A stretch of 64,000 nucleotides of DNA from contig CBDBLV010000005.1 in assembly GCA_965207225.1 (NCBI GenBank), forward strand, positions 416,001 to 480,000, written 5' to 3'. The position numbers and the translations under genes are program-made. The DNA is from Dehalococcoidia bacterium (GTDB lineage: Bacteria > Chloroflexota > Dehalococcoidia > Plut-88900). The notes beneath the pieces were generated by a model that worked only from the letters and a program-made list of their open reading frames with translations, did no database searches and was not told the DNA's origin. Below are positions 39,201 to 47,610 of the stretch, piece after piece. How positions within the stretch are numbered: the first letter of the stretch is position 1; each line of letters opens with the position of its first letter.

Positions 39201-39345
39201 CGGGGTCGTCGCCACAGGCAACTGCAATGGCTGCAATGGAAGCCACTATCAGAATCAAGAACAATACACTCGCGCCAATGGATATTGGCCTATGCTTCAA
39301 TGCCGTCCGGTTGGCCCGTATTTTGTTCTCTCGCTCGGTTCGCAA
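36235..39345 (-). CDS. Lipoprotein with tandem single-Cache-like domains and no signalling output domain
   Basis: Lipobox AVAC-GDD; Pro/Thr/Glu linker; repeats YV..AI..Y...G...YLF...HP...L.G..I.D....G..WVEYLWP.P...K......DG.IFASGYY resembling sCache_2. Confidence 0.85.
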   Translation of the reverse strand: MRTERENKIRANRTALKHRPISIGASVLFLILIVASIAAIAVACGDDPAPTQAPTATTAPDPTATTAPQPTAVPEPTAMPEPTAVPEPTATPVPEPEPTPEPEPEPEPGELNADELTRAYVEKAIAYYDANGRDATIEYYKSEESIEGDRYLFIISKDEGILLAMPFYHHFLGSKLESADFLVGPATEDGAWYEGQGIYVVEMDTGSSARQGPVRNYLVLKDGLIFVSGHSTLQENVAEAAKDYVSRAIALYESEGLEATVAHYNDPSSLEGIFYLFLIGADDNYLAHPIFPHLIGTDIKGVVGSDGQELGKEIAQATEQGIWVEYLWPNPISRLEEPKTTWAIRHNGLIFASGYYTVGETTEPPAWRGADPREYTMEYVERAIARYERDGLESMLNYYNSVASFEGEWYLFATDENDIYHVHPLLPQLIGTDIKDIVGSDGYELGRELAKAGEGEGVWVEYLWPHPLTLKEVPKVGYAVRRDGMIFASGYYPGVADPVAYTQAYVQKAMDYYDSQGLEATVAHYNSPESIDGSYWLLMVNPQNVIVVSGAEQALVGVDVRLFRGVVAGEPIGESLLSATEQGHWFKYLWPNPRAAGQLTVYLWIVRHDGYVFSSAYYVEGDADAPPPTDTSDAPSDDDLSRAFVDDAIAYYEENGLDATVELYRSEESIENGRTLILLDEAESTLLVYRNIPALQGQYVGPGSRFSGLGGLIEAATEEGSWVDTRGVNPATKQEEPRRVLIVSHDGLVFSTSHSILVADVSASVKEYVNRAIAKYDSEGLDSVVAHYNSQDSVEGQFYLFLIGEDDNYVAHPIFPHLIGTDIKDVVGSDGQELGREIAQATEDGVWVEYLWPHPETRQEQQKVTWAIRHDGLIFASGYYAGEPETGPPAWRDADPMEYTVQYVNRAIERYERDGLESMLNYYNSVASFEGEWYLFATDENDIYHVHPLLPQLVGTDINDVVGANGYRLGEELAKATEEGVWVEYLWPHPVTLNEVPKISYAVRRDGLLFASGYYERIDDPAAYTIAYVQMAIDYY

Positions 39346-39448
39346 CGTTCAACCCTCTATAGAATGAATAACTGGCATATCGCATCATAAACTCGATTGC
39401 AACATATTGGTTGTTGTTTCTATATGTTTGCTGCCAAGTAGCGTGGAA

Positions 39449-41188
39449 ATGTTACGGAAATCTCAGGGCCGACCCGAAATCCAGTACGAACCGGATGAAA
39501 AATGCCCGCCGTTGCTGGCGATAACTTCCGCTCTGCAAATCTTTGTACCCAACACAATCAGCCTTGTCATGCTCTCGGCGCTGGTTGTGCGTGCGTCCGG
39601 GGAATCGGAAGGTTACCTGTCATGGGTGACATTTACCGTGCTTGTAGTCACCGGGGCAAGCATGGTCCTGCAAACCCTCAGGCTGCGCTATTTGGGTTCG
39701 GGCCGTCTGATTGTTGCAAACTTCAACGTTCCGTTCTTGGCGGTCTGCGCTTTGGCGCTCCATGTCGGAGGGCCTGGATTGCTGGCCAGCTTAGTGGTGG
39801 TTTCCACGTTGCTTCAGGCAGTTCTAACCTTGCGCCTTGCCTCTCTTAGGCGAATTTTTACGCAAACGGTGAGCGGCATTGTGATCATGCTGGTGGCAGT
39901 CTCGGCAGTGCCTTTCATAGTCAGTAGAGGTGTCGTCCCGCCGGAAGGTGAATCGACCATGTTTTTCCTGGCTCCAGGAATGGCCGCTCTGGCCGCCGGG
40001 GTCCTTATGTCCCTGAGTGACGCGCCGGCCTCGCGTATGTGGGTTTTGCCGGCCAGCGTAGCCGTCGGTCTGATTGTAGCCGTGCCCCTGGGCCTTTTCG
40101 ATACTGACATAGTAGCTGCTGCTCCTTGGGTGAACCCCCTGCCCGATTACGCGTGGCCGGGTCTGGGTCTGACCTTCAACGCAGACTTCTGGGCCCTTCT
40201 CCCGGTCTTCTTGTTGGTGAATCTCACCGCCTTTATGAAAGTTGTGGGCGATCTGTCCGTTATTCACCGCGCTTCCTACCGTAATCAGTCTGCTATTGAC
40301 TTCCGAACTGTGCAGGGAGGCTTAAACGTCTATGGGGTGGGCACTCTCCTTTCAGGTCTCCTCGGGACCTTGACTGTTGCAGCGCCGTGGTCTGCCACCG
40401 TGGTCTATATCGGCTTCACCGGAGTCGCTGCCAGGACGGTCGGGATATACTTGGGGGTCCTGACCATACTGGTCGCCTTCTTCTCCAAGTTGCTCGCCGT
40501 ATTGGCCTCCATCCCCAGCCCGGTTGTTAGCGCGGTGTACGTCATCATCTTCGGTATGCTTTTTGTCGAGGGAGCCAAGACTGTATTCGGGGCCCAGGTT
40601 GACCGGAAAAAAGCTGCCATCACCGGAGTTTCCATGGTGTTGGGCTTGTCCGCACCGAGCTTCGGCGCACTATTCGAAGGGACAATTGTTCATTTGGTAG
40701 GAAATCCCATTGTGGTCGGCGGTATGGCGGCCATAATCATGACTATATACACCGAAGCATCAAGTTTACGTGCCAAAAAGCTGCGTATTGACCTGTCCCA
40801 GTCTTCGTTGCCTGCCGTTGACGATTTTCTCTGCCAGTTCGCCGACAGACATTCCTGGACTGAGGAAGGGAAAAACCGGCTGCGTCTGGTAGGAGAAGAG
40901 CTCATGCTGAGTTTGATTAATGAAGAGAACGACTCCCCGGTCGACCAGACGCGCACTTTGGTCGCCACAATTCGTCCTGTCAGCGGATCTGCCGAGCTTG
41001 AAATCGTGGTCGCTTCGGACGATGCCATCCAGGGAAATATCGAGAATCAAATTGCATATCTGAGCCAGGACCAGGCGCTGGAAGACGAACAGCAATTGTC
41101 CGTACGAATCCTCCGCCACTACGCATCATCGGTACACCACCGCAAATACTACGGAATAGACATAGTTGATTGTCGTGTGGAGCAATAG
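39449..41188 (+). CDS. NCS2-like permease with RsbW/HATPase-like C-terminal domain (paralog 3)
   Basis: IQYEPDE N-terminus, FTGVAARTVG, GEELMLSL, SVRILRHYASSVHHRKYYGIDIV. ATG 39449 chosen by alignment with paralogs (ORF opens at 39407). Confidence 0.87.
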   Translation: MLRKSQGRPEIQYEPDEKCPPLLAITSALQIFVPNTISLVMLSALVVRASGESEGYLSWVTFTVLVVTGASMVLQTLRLRYLGSGRLIVANFNVPFLAVCALALHVGGPGLLASLVVVSTLLQAVLTLRLASLRRIFTQTVSGIVIMLVAVSAVPFIVSRGVVPPEGESTMFFLAPGMAALAAGVLMSLSDAPASRMWVLPASVAVGLIVAVPLGLFDTDIVAAAPWVNPLPDYAWPGLGLTFNADFWALLPVFLLVNLTAFMKVVGDLSVIHRASYRNQSAIDFRTVQGGLNVYGVGTLLSGLLGTLTVAAPWSATVVYIGFTGVAARTVGIYLGVLTILVAFFSKLLAVLASIPSPVVSAVYVIIFGMLFVEGAKTVFGAQVDRKKAAITGVSMVLGLSAPSFGALFEGTIVHLVGNPIVVGGMAAIIMTIYTEASSLRAKKLRIDLSQSSLPAVDDFLCQFADRHSWTEEGKNRLRLVGEELMLSLINEENDSPVDQTRTLVATIRPVSGSAELEIVVASDDAIQGNIENQIAYLSQDQALEDEQQLSVRILRHYASSVHHRKYYGIDIVDCRVEQ

Positions 41189-41389
41189 CGGGCAGGACTT
41201 GTTAATCCTCCCTCCTATTTCGTAGCCAACGTACCTTAAATGGGCGCATGTGTTTCCCCCGGTAGTGCCAGGAGACCGGTGGTTGTAGCAACCACCTTCC
41301 GGCGCAAGTCACTCCCCATCCATACCGTCGCCTACAACCTCATATGCTAGCCCCCACCCGACTCCCCATCTACTTCTCGCGTGCCGCTT

Positions 41390-43165
41390 TTACCCTTCGG
41401 GCGGCGCTACCCGTACCTCTATCACCTCTATGTCGTGATACTGCCGGTGACTGACCGACGTCGCGTAATGCCGCAGCAATCGTAGTGGCGTGTCCCGACC
41501 TGTCCAACTCTCCAGGTCCACTGAGTCCAGTTCTGCCTCCCCGGGACCCGGAGTAGTCAGCAAGGCGATCCGGTCTTCAACGTTTTCCGAGTTGGCTGAT
41601 GCACTCACGAACTCCATCTCCGCTCCTGCCCCTTGGCTTTTGGCGGTAATCCTCAGCCTCTTTCCTCTTTCCACTCCCTTACCCTGCCCTCCTTCTAACA
41701 GGATGAGAAGCGTTTCTTCCGCTGCTGCGTGAAGCTTCCTAGTCATCGTCGAATCCCAGCCCCTCAGGTCGGAGAACTCTTTAAGGAAGTCCCTAATCCG
41801 CGGCAGCGCCTCCATACTCAATTCCGTCCGTAACCGGCGCTGTACCGCTCCCGTGCCATACTCCGTGAATATCGTAAGCAATACCAGGATCACGCCCCCG
41901 GATATGAATGCCTTCTCGAACACCGCTTCCCAAAGGTTCCCTATCGGCAAACTTACCAGCCCCGTCTGGAAACCCAGCCCCACGACCAGCGCCGTCCCGA
42001 TCACCAGACTCTTCCGAAAGTCCAGGGCGTTCTGGACTACCATCTTCATCCCCTCCACCAGCAGAGGGCTTATCAGGACCACCAGGAAAATCGCGGTTAC
42101 AGGGGGCGGCACCCCGATCAGCAGGCTCCAGGTCTGTGGGAAGAAGGCCACCGCGACCAGGAGGACTCCCGTACCGACCCCAATGTAGCGGGATGCACAG
42201 CCGGTCTGTTGTGCAATCGCCACTCCCCTCGGCCCAGTTGTAACCGGCAGCACTGCCGCGAAGCACGCCACCAGGTTCCCCAGTCCCGAGCATGCAGTCG
42301 TGCCCTGCACCCTCCTGTAATCTATCGCCCGGGACTCCCGCCAGGAGACCCGCTGCGTTGCCATCGCAACCGAGTTTCCCTGCAGCACCGCTATCGCAGA
42401 CAGGAACAGAAATGCCGGAAGCAGCGACCAGAAGGCCGACCCGAACCCGAACCCAAACCCGGGCCACCCGTCCAGCGGCAGCCCCGCGACCGAAGCCTCC
42501 CTCACGGGCCCAAAATCGAAAATCCCGAACCCTATCCCAACGATGGCCCCTGCAACTATGCCTATCAGGGATGCCCAGACCCGCCACACTGCAGACCCCT
42601 TCAGCAGAAGCCCCACTATCACCACGAAGGTGACCAGGATGCACACCGGTCCCGCTGCCGCGGGTGCATCTTCGGGCACGTCGTTCATGCTGCCGAACAC
42701 CACCGGGATGACCGTTATCACCAGGAGGATCAGCACAGCCCCGCTGAAAGCCGGGCGCACCAGCTTCCTCAGCAGGGAAAGGCGCAGGGACATCGCAATC
42801 TGAAACACCCCCGACACCAGTATCAGCGATGCCAGCGTCGGGGCTCCGCCCTCCTCCAGTGCAAGGATGCAAAAGGGTATGGCTGTCGGGGAAGGATATG
42901 CGTTCACCAGCATCCCCGAGCCGAACGGCCCGATACGATAAGCCTGCAGCACGGTCACCGCGCCGGTGATAGTAAGCATGGAGAACACCCCCCATGCCAC
43001 CTCCGCAGCCGAGCCATCTACCGCCTGGACCAGCACGATAGGAAAAACCGCCGCAGGTGCGATGACGAGCAACACTGTCTGGACGCTCAGCCCGACCGTA
43101 ACCGGCAGCGGGGGCCTTTCGTGTGCCTCGTATTGGAGAGTGGAAGTAGCTGGCCTGCTAGCCAT
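41390..43165 (-). CDS. NCS2-like permease with RsbW/HATPase-like C-terminal domain (paralog 4)
   Basis: LQYEAHE N-terminus, QTGCASRYIG, AAEETLL, LRLLRHYATSVSHRQYHDIEVI. ATG 43165 chosen by alignment (ORF opens at 43264). Confidence 0.87.
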   Translation of the reverse strand: MASRPATSTLQYEAHERPPLPVTVGLSVQTVLLVIAPAAVFPIVLVQAVDGSAAEVAWGVFSMLTITGAVTVLQAYRIGPFGSGMLVNAYPSPTAIPFCILALEEGGAPTLASLILVSGVFQIAMSLRLSLLRKLVRPAFSGAVLILLVITVIPVVFGSMNDVPEDAPAAAGPVCILVTFVVIVGLLLKGSAVWRVWASLIGIVAGAIVGIGFGIFDFGPVREASVAGLPLDGWPGFGFGFGSAFWSLLPAFLFLSAIAVLQGNSVAMATQRVSWRESRAIDYRRVQGTTACSGLGNLVACFAAVLPVTTGPRGVAIAQQTGCASRYIGVGTGVLLVAVAFFPQTWSLLIGVPPPVTAIFLVVLISPLLVEGMKMVVQNALDFRKSLVIGTALVVGLGFQTGLVSLPIGNLWEAVFEKAFISGGVILVLLTIFTEYGTGAVQRRLRTELSMEALPRIRDFLKEFSDLRGWDSTMTRKLHAAAEETLLILLEGGQGKGVERGKRLRITAKSQGAGAEMEFVSASANSENVEDRIALLTTPGPGEAELDSVDLESWTGRDTPLRLLRHYATSVSHRQYHDIEVIEVRVAPPEG

Positions 43166-43413
43166 CAGAGTTATGTCGCAGGGAGCAATTGGCCCTTGAC
43201 AGGACCGATTGGGTTGCGTCCGGGGCTGAGCGCGATTATACGCCCCACCCATCCCCTCCGCCATTAAGAGAATATTTGAATAGCTGTCGCTCCCATGCCC
43301 CGCTAAAAGATGGAGCGCCTCCCTTCCCCAACCCTGTTAAGATAGCGATAGCCCTCCGTCAACTCTGAAACAAACCCCGCCGACACCCTAAAAGACAAAA
43401 AGGGAGCCACCAA

Positions 43414-44478
43414 ATGGACGTAGGTATGATGATGCTCTTTTCCAGCTACGGCTGGGAAAACGGCTCCGACGCGCGGATGTGGGAGGAGGACCTCCGCCTC
43501 GCCGAAATCGCCGCCGACCTCGGATTCGACTGCGTCTGGTCCACCGAGCACCACTTCAACGACTACTCCTTCGTGCCCGACAACCTCCAGCTTATGACCC
43601 ACATCGCCGCTAGGCACCCCCACATTGACGTCGGCACCGCCGCCGTGATCCTCCCCTGGCACAACCCCCTCCGCGTCGCCGAGAACGCTAGCGTGCTGGA
43701 CATGCTGAGCGGCGGCCGGCTACGCCTGGGATTTGGCCGGGGCCTGGCCCGACGGGAGTTCAACGCCTTCGGCATCAGCATGGACGAGTCCCGCGGCCGC
43801 TTCGACGAAGCCGCCTTCATGATCGTCGACGCCCTGAATACCGGATTCATAGAAGGCGACGGCCCCTACTACAAGCAGGCCCGCACCGAGCTAAGACCCC
43901 GCCCACAGCACTCCTTCGACGGCCGTATCTATGCCGTCGCCGCCAGCGACGACTCCATCGCCTCAGCCGCCAGGCTAGGCGCCCACATCATCATGTTTGC
44001 CGACCGGCCCTGGGAAATGCGCATGCCGGGAATCGAGCGCGGCCGGGAGCTCCACCGTGAGTTCCACGGCACCGAGCCCCCCACCCTCCTCCTGACCGAA
44101 TTCACCGTCTGCGGCCCCGACCTCGAGGAGTGCGAGGAACACGCCCGCCAGTACCAGGGCAAGTTCGTCGAAAGCAACTTCTACCACTACGAGTTCCTTA
44201 GCGATCACTTCAAGTCCGTAAAGGGCTACAACGCCTACCAGCAGAAGGCCGAAATCGCCCGCTCCGCTGGCCTCGAAGGTGCCGTAAAAGGGTTCATGAA
44301 AGCCGCCAGTTGGGGCACACCCGACAAGATCCTCCGTGGCCTCGAGGAACGCAGGGCCTTGCTGGGCAACTTCGAAATGAACGTATCCTTCCGCTTCGGT
44401 GGTATCCCCTTCGAACTCGCCGAACGAAGCCTCAGGCTCTTTGCCAAGGAAGTCCTGCCCGTGGTCAAGTCCTGGTAA
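43414..44478 (+). CDS. LLM-class flavin-dependent oxidoreductase
   Basis: GFDCVWSTEHHF, PWHNPLRVAE, LDMLSGGR..LGFGRG, SLRLFAKEVLP. Confidence 0.93.
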   Translation: MDVGMMMLFSSYGWENGSDARMWEEDLRLAEIAADLGFDCVWSTEHHFNDYSFVPDNLQLMTHIAARHPHIDVGTAAVILPWHNPLRVAENASVLDMLSGGRLRLGFGRGLARREFNAFGISMDESRGRFDEAAFMIVDALNTGFIEGDGPYYKQARTELRPRPQHSFDGRIYAVAASDDSIASAARLGAHIIMFADRPWEMRMPGIERGRELHREFHGTEPPTLLLTEFTVCGPDLEECEEHARQYQGKFVESNFYHYEFLSDHFKSVKGYNAYQQKAEIARSAGLEGAVKGFMKAASWGTPDKILRGLEERRALLGNFEMNVSFRFGGIPFELAERSLRLFAKEVLPVVKSW

Positions 44479-44490
44479 CCCCCCCCACCC

Positions 44491-45042
44491 ATGCCCACCC
44501 CCGACTCCCCACAGCCCCCCGCCCCCAATACCTACTGGGTAATCCCCGGCTCCTTCGCTGCGGGCGAATACCCCGGCGACTTCGACCCGACTCGCGCCAG
44601 AATCAGAGTCCGACGCCTCTTGCGAGCGGGTATCAATCACTTCATCAACCTCACCGGCCCGAACGAACTTCCTCCCTACGATGAAATCGCCCGCGAAGAA
44701 GCCCAAGCCCTCGACCTCACCGTCGAACACCAGCGCCACACCATAGGTGACTTCAGCGTCCCAGACAGCCCCAAATTCATGGCCGCCACCCTGGACGCCA
44801 TAGACTCCGCCATCGCCGAAGGCAAGACCATCTACGTTCACTGCTGGGCGGGAGTCGGGCGCACGGGAACCGTCGTCGGGTGCTGGCTCGTCCGTCACGG
44901 CCGCACCGGCGAAGAAGCCCTCGCCCAGATCGCCGACTGGTGGCTCAACATGGACGAATTCAAGAGAGCCGCCAACCCCACCTCCCCCCAGACCCCCCAG
45001 CAAAGAAACTACGTCAGAAACTGGAACGAACCCCAGCGCTAA
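44491..45042 (+). CDS. Dual-specificity/protein-tyrosine phosphatase family protein
   Basis: CX5R motif VHCWAGVGRTG, IGDFSVP, C-terminal PQTPQQ. Confidence 0.9.
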   Translation: MPTPDSPQPPAPNTYWVIPGSFAAGEYPGDFDPTRARIRVRRLLRAGINHFINLTGPNELPPYDEIAREEAQALDLTVEHQRHTIGDFSVPDSPKFMAATLDAIDSAIAEGKTIYVHCWAGVGRTGTVVGCWLVRHGRTGEEALAQIADWWLNMDEFKRAANPTSPQTPQQRNYVRNWNEPQR

Positions 45043-45058
45043 GGTGCCTCCCCCCTCC

Positions 45059-45192
45059 GTCATCCCGACTCCGATCGGGTCGAATATGCGCCGAGCCGTG
45101 AATCCTTCCCTAGGATTGGCCTTCCGTTCACCCTGAACGGATTTAAAGTGTCGAGTCGGAGGGGTAGCGATGGACAACAGGATCAAGTCTGA
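45059..45192. repeat. Degenerate REP-like element
   Basis: GTCATCCCGACTCCGATCGGG and CCGTTCACCCTGA..GTCGGAGGG resemble the elements at 31527 and 32285. Confidence 0.5.
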
Positions 45193-45233
45193 CCTGATAT
45201 ACTCAGACTAGCTCTAATCCAAGGAGGCTAGTT

Positions 45234-45485
45234 GTGCAGAAGCAAATCGTAAAGGAGCATTCTCATCCTGCCTCCTACCGTGATCTCCCAATTACATATG
45301 GTCCCACCGAGATGGGGGTCTGGAGAGACTACGTCAAGGACTGGGAGAGGGATGCAGTATGGGTGAAGTTAGGCAGCGACGTCTTCATATTCCCTCCGGA
45401 TGCAGCCCTCAGATTCGCTAAGGCACTAAGGGACCATGCTTCCTATCTTGCTGATACTGAAGTACTAGATGAGAGAGAAGCGTGA
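45234..45485 (+). CDS. Hypothetical protein
   Basis: 83 aa; AAGGAGG RBS before GTG; overlaps next ORF (GTGA). Confidence 0.65.
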   Translation: MQKQIVKEHSHPASYRDLPITYGPTEMGVWRDYVKDWERDAVWVKLGSDVFIFPPDAALRFAKALRDHASYLADTEVLDEREA

Positions 45486-45694
45486 ATCAGGGAGAGCCGC
45501 AGCGTTGGAGCGAAGAGTCGCCTCTGGGGATAATGCGTGAGCATTACTCTACAAAAGCTGAGCTCGAAAGCCTGAGGACCGAGCTTCACAAAATGGAAAA
45601 TAGAATACTCAAATGGGTGTGGGGACAAGCCATCGTCGTAGCTGGGCTGATAGTTGGAGTGGCTTGGGCAATTGTAAGGCTCACTTCCACCTGA
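45482..45694 (+). CDS. Small coiled-coil protein with C-terminal TM helix (DUF1640-like)
   Basis: YSTKAELESLRTELHKMENRILKW followed by a hydrophobic tail. Confidence 0.65.
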   Translation: MNQGEPQRWSEESPLGIMREHYSTKAELESLRTELHKMENRILKWVWGQAIVVAGLIVGVAWAIVRLTST

Positions 45695-45717
45695 CCGGTT
45701 GCCCCACCCCACTCACC

Positions 45718-47605
45718 CCCAAATCCACCGCCTAAAGGTAGGAATCTGATTTTCTGACCTTTCGGTTGGGCCGGTGGGGGCGTCGATTGGCTACTGACAG
45801 GGTTAGCAGTGGTTTGGCGGGGCCGATGGTGGACGTATGAGGGTCTTGGGGTGCTGCTTTACGATGTTTTGCGTCGATTTTGAGCCGTTTGGCCTCGTAG
45901 GAGGACGCAGCGTCCCTACGACGGTTATCCACGTCGCTTGACCGATAGGCTGTGGCGCGGACCGTCTCAGATTCAGGGAGGGCCGTGAGCCAGCGCCGCT
46001 ATTCTCCGGTGTGCCCCGACCAGCAGCGGGAACGATGGATGACCTCGCGCCAGTCGGATCAGCAGCTTCCTGGCATGGTAGACCACTCGACCGGCAAGGT
46101 CGATCAGAGCGAAGCGCACCGCCTTGAGCCGCTTGGTCACCCACTCATCACCCAGCGCCAACTGCTTGACCGCCGAGTTCAGGTTGAACGCCAGCACCGT
46201 TATCGCCCACCACGCTGCGTTGGCTCCGAACTGTCCCGACGGCAGTCTCCCGCCCGCCAGGTCCTCCTTCAGCACACTATGGACCTCCTCGCCTTTCCCG
46301 CATCTCTCACGGTACCACCGCACAACCTCGTCTCCCGGAAGCTCCCGGTTCGTCACTATCCCGCTGATCTTGTACCAGCCGTGGTTCGGCATCTGCATGA
46401 CCGGAACCGACAGCTCAAACTCACTCTCCATGCCCGGTAGCGGCGGTCGCCTCAGAGGTTCTCTGACGGCTATGAAACGGTAGGCGGGACCCTCCTTGTA
46501 GCGACCTAATCGACTGGACATGAAGCCCACCTCGGCCCACTCCTGCCCCGTCTCCACCTCGAACTCCCCCATCATCCGGGGCAACTGACGCCACTCGCTC
46601 TCTTCCACCAGCGCCGCCTCATGCTTGAACTCGTCCGTGACGCGTACCCCAATCGCGAACTCGATCACTCCGAACCGTTCGTCTCTCCCCTCGGCGCAGT
46701 ACTCCAGAAGATCGTTCTGGTAGCCTGCCGTGTCGGACCGCAGCATCACCCGCTCCACTCCCTCGGGTACGCACTCCAACGCGTCTCGCAACACTCGTAG
46801 CTGCTCAAATCCCGCAGGAACGTTGCCGTCTCTGAACTCCGAGTGGACGACCAGGTCCGCCTCGGCCCAGTATGTCGTTAGCGGCTGATAGGCTTTGAAT
46901 CCCTTGTAGCAGTAGAGCGCCTCCTGCTTGTGAGTCTCGACCAGCGTCGCGTCCATATCCAGTGTCGCCTGCCTATGCCCGACGTGGCCCTGGACAAAGC
47001 CCACCATCTCGGCGTTGACCTTCCCAAGTCCGTCCAGCGCGTCGTTGGCCTGGGGTATGAACGCCGTATGAGGCTGCCTCGCCTCCTCCTGGGATGCGTC
47101 GTGGAACTGGCTCAGATACCGGAACACCGCCGATGGAGACGGCACATAGCGGTGTCGGTCACGCCGCCACCGGTTGCGCACCGCCCTGCGCTCCGAAGCT
47201 CGCTGCCGGTGGGTCTCCACCCTTCCCAACATCCGGCCAAGGCCCTCGTCCGCCTCCAGCACGCGAAGGTCGTCCACCCCTTCGCCGCCCGCCAGGTTCA
47301 ACAGCGTCAGTGAGGTGACCATCTGACGGTCCGTCCAACCCTGGCCTCCCTCTCTGACCCTCACGTGGCGTCTGATCGACTCGCCAAGGCCGATTGCCTC
47401 GGCCATCTCCAGGTAGACTGCCAACCCCGATAGCGCCGTCATGCCCCCGATGCGGTTCTCTGCCCTGTACTGGAACGGTAGGACTCCATGTTGCATAATA
47501 ACTGCACCTCGTTGGTGATGGTTTGGGATTGTCACTTACCATCTTAGTCAGCTTTGCAGCCGACTCCAACGAGGTATTCTCATTCAATTAGGCGGTGGAT
47601 TTGGG
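45718..47605 (-). mobile_element. IS1380-family insertion sequence, copy 1 (1888 bp)
   Basis: 18-bp perfect terminal IRs CCCAAATCCACCGCCTAA / TTAGGCGGTGGATTTGGG; flanked by TCACC at 45713-45717 and 47606-47610. Confidence 0.93.
45973..47535 (-). CDS. IS1380-family DDE transposase
   Basis: TLDMDAT, YQPL, FRDGN, RSDTAGY, YRERCGKGEE...LK, FGANAAW. Confidence 0.92.
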   Translation of the reverse strand: MTIPNHHQRGAVIMQHGVLPFQYRAENRIGGMTALSGLAVYLEMAEAIGLGESIRRHVRVREGGQGWTDRQMVTSLTLLNLAGGEGVDDLRVLEADEGLGRMLGRVETHRQRASERRAVRNRWRRDRHRYVPSPSAVFRYLSQFHDASQEEARQPHTAFIPQANDALDGLGKVNAEMVGFVQGHVGHRQATLDMDATLVETHKQEALYCYKGFKAYQPLTTYWAEADLVVHSEFRDGNVPAGFEQLRVLRDALECVPEGVERVMLRSDTAGYQNDLLEYCAEGRDERFGVIEFAIGVRVTDEFKHEAALVEESEWRQLPRMMGEFEVETGQEWAEVGFMSSRLGRYKEGPAYRFIAVREPLRRPPLPGMESEFELSVPVMQMPNHGWYKISGIVTNRELPGDEVVRWYRERCGKGEEVHSVLKEDLAGGRLPSGQFGANAAWWAITVLAFNLNSAVKQLALGDEWVTKRLKAVRFALIDLAGRVVYHARKLLIRLARGHPSFPLLVGAHRRIAALAHGPP

Positions 47606-47610
47606 TCACC

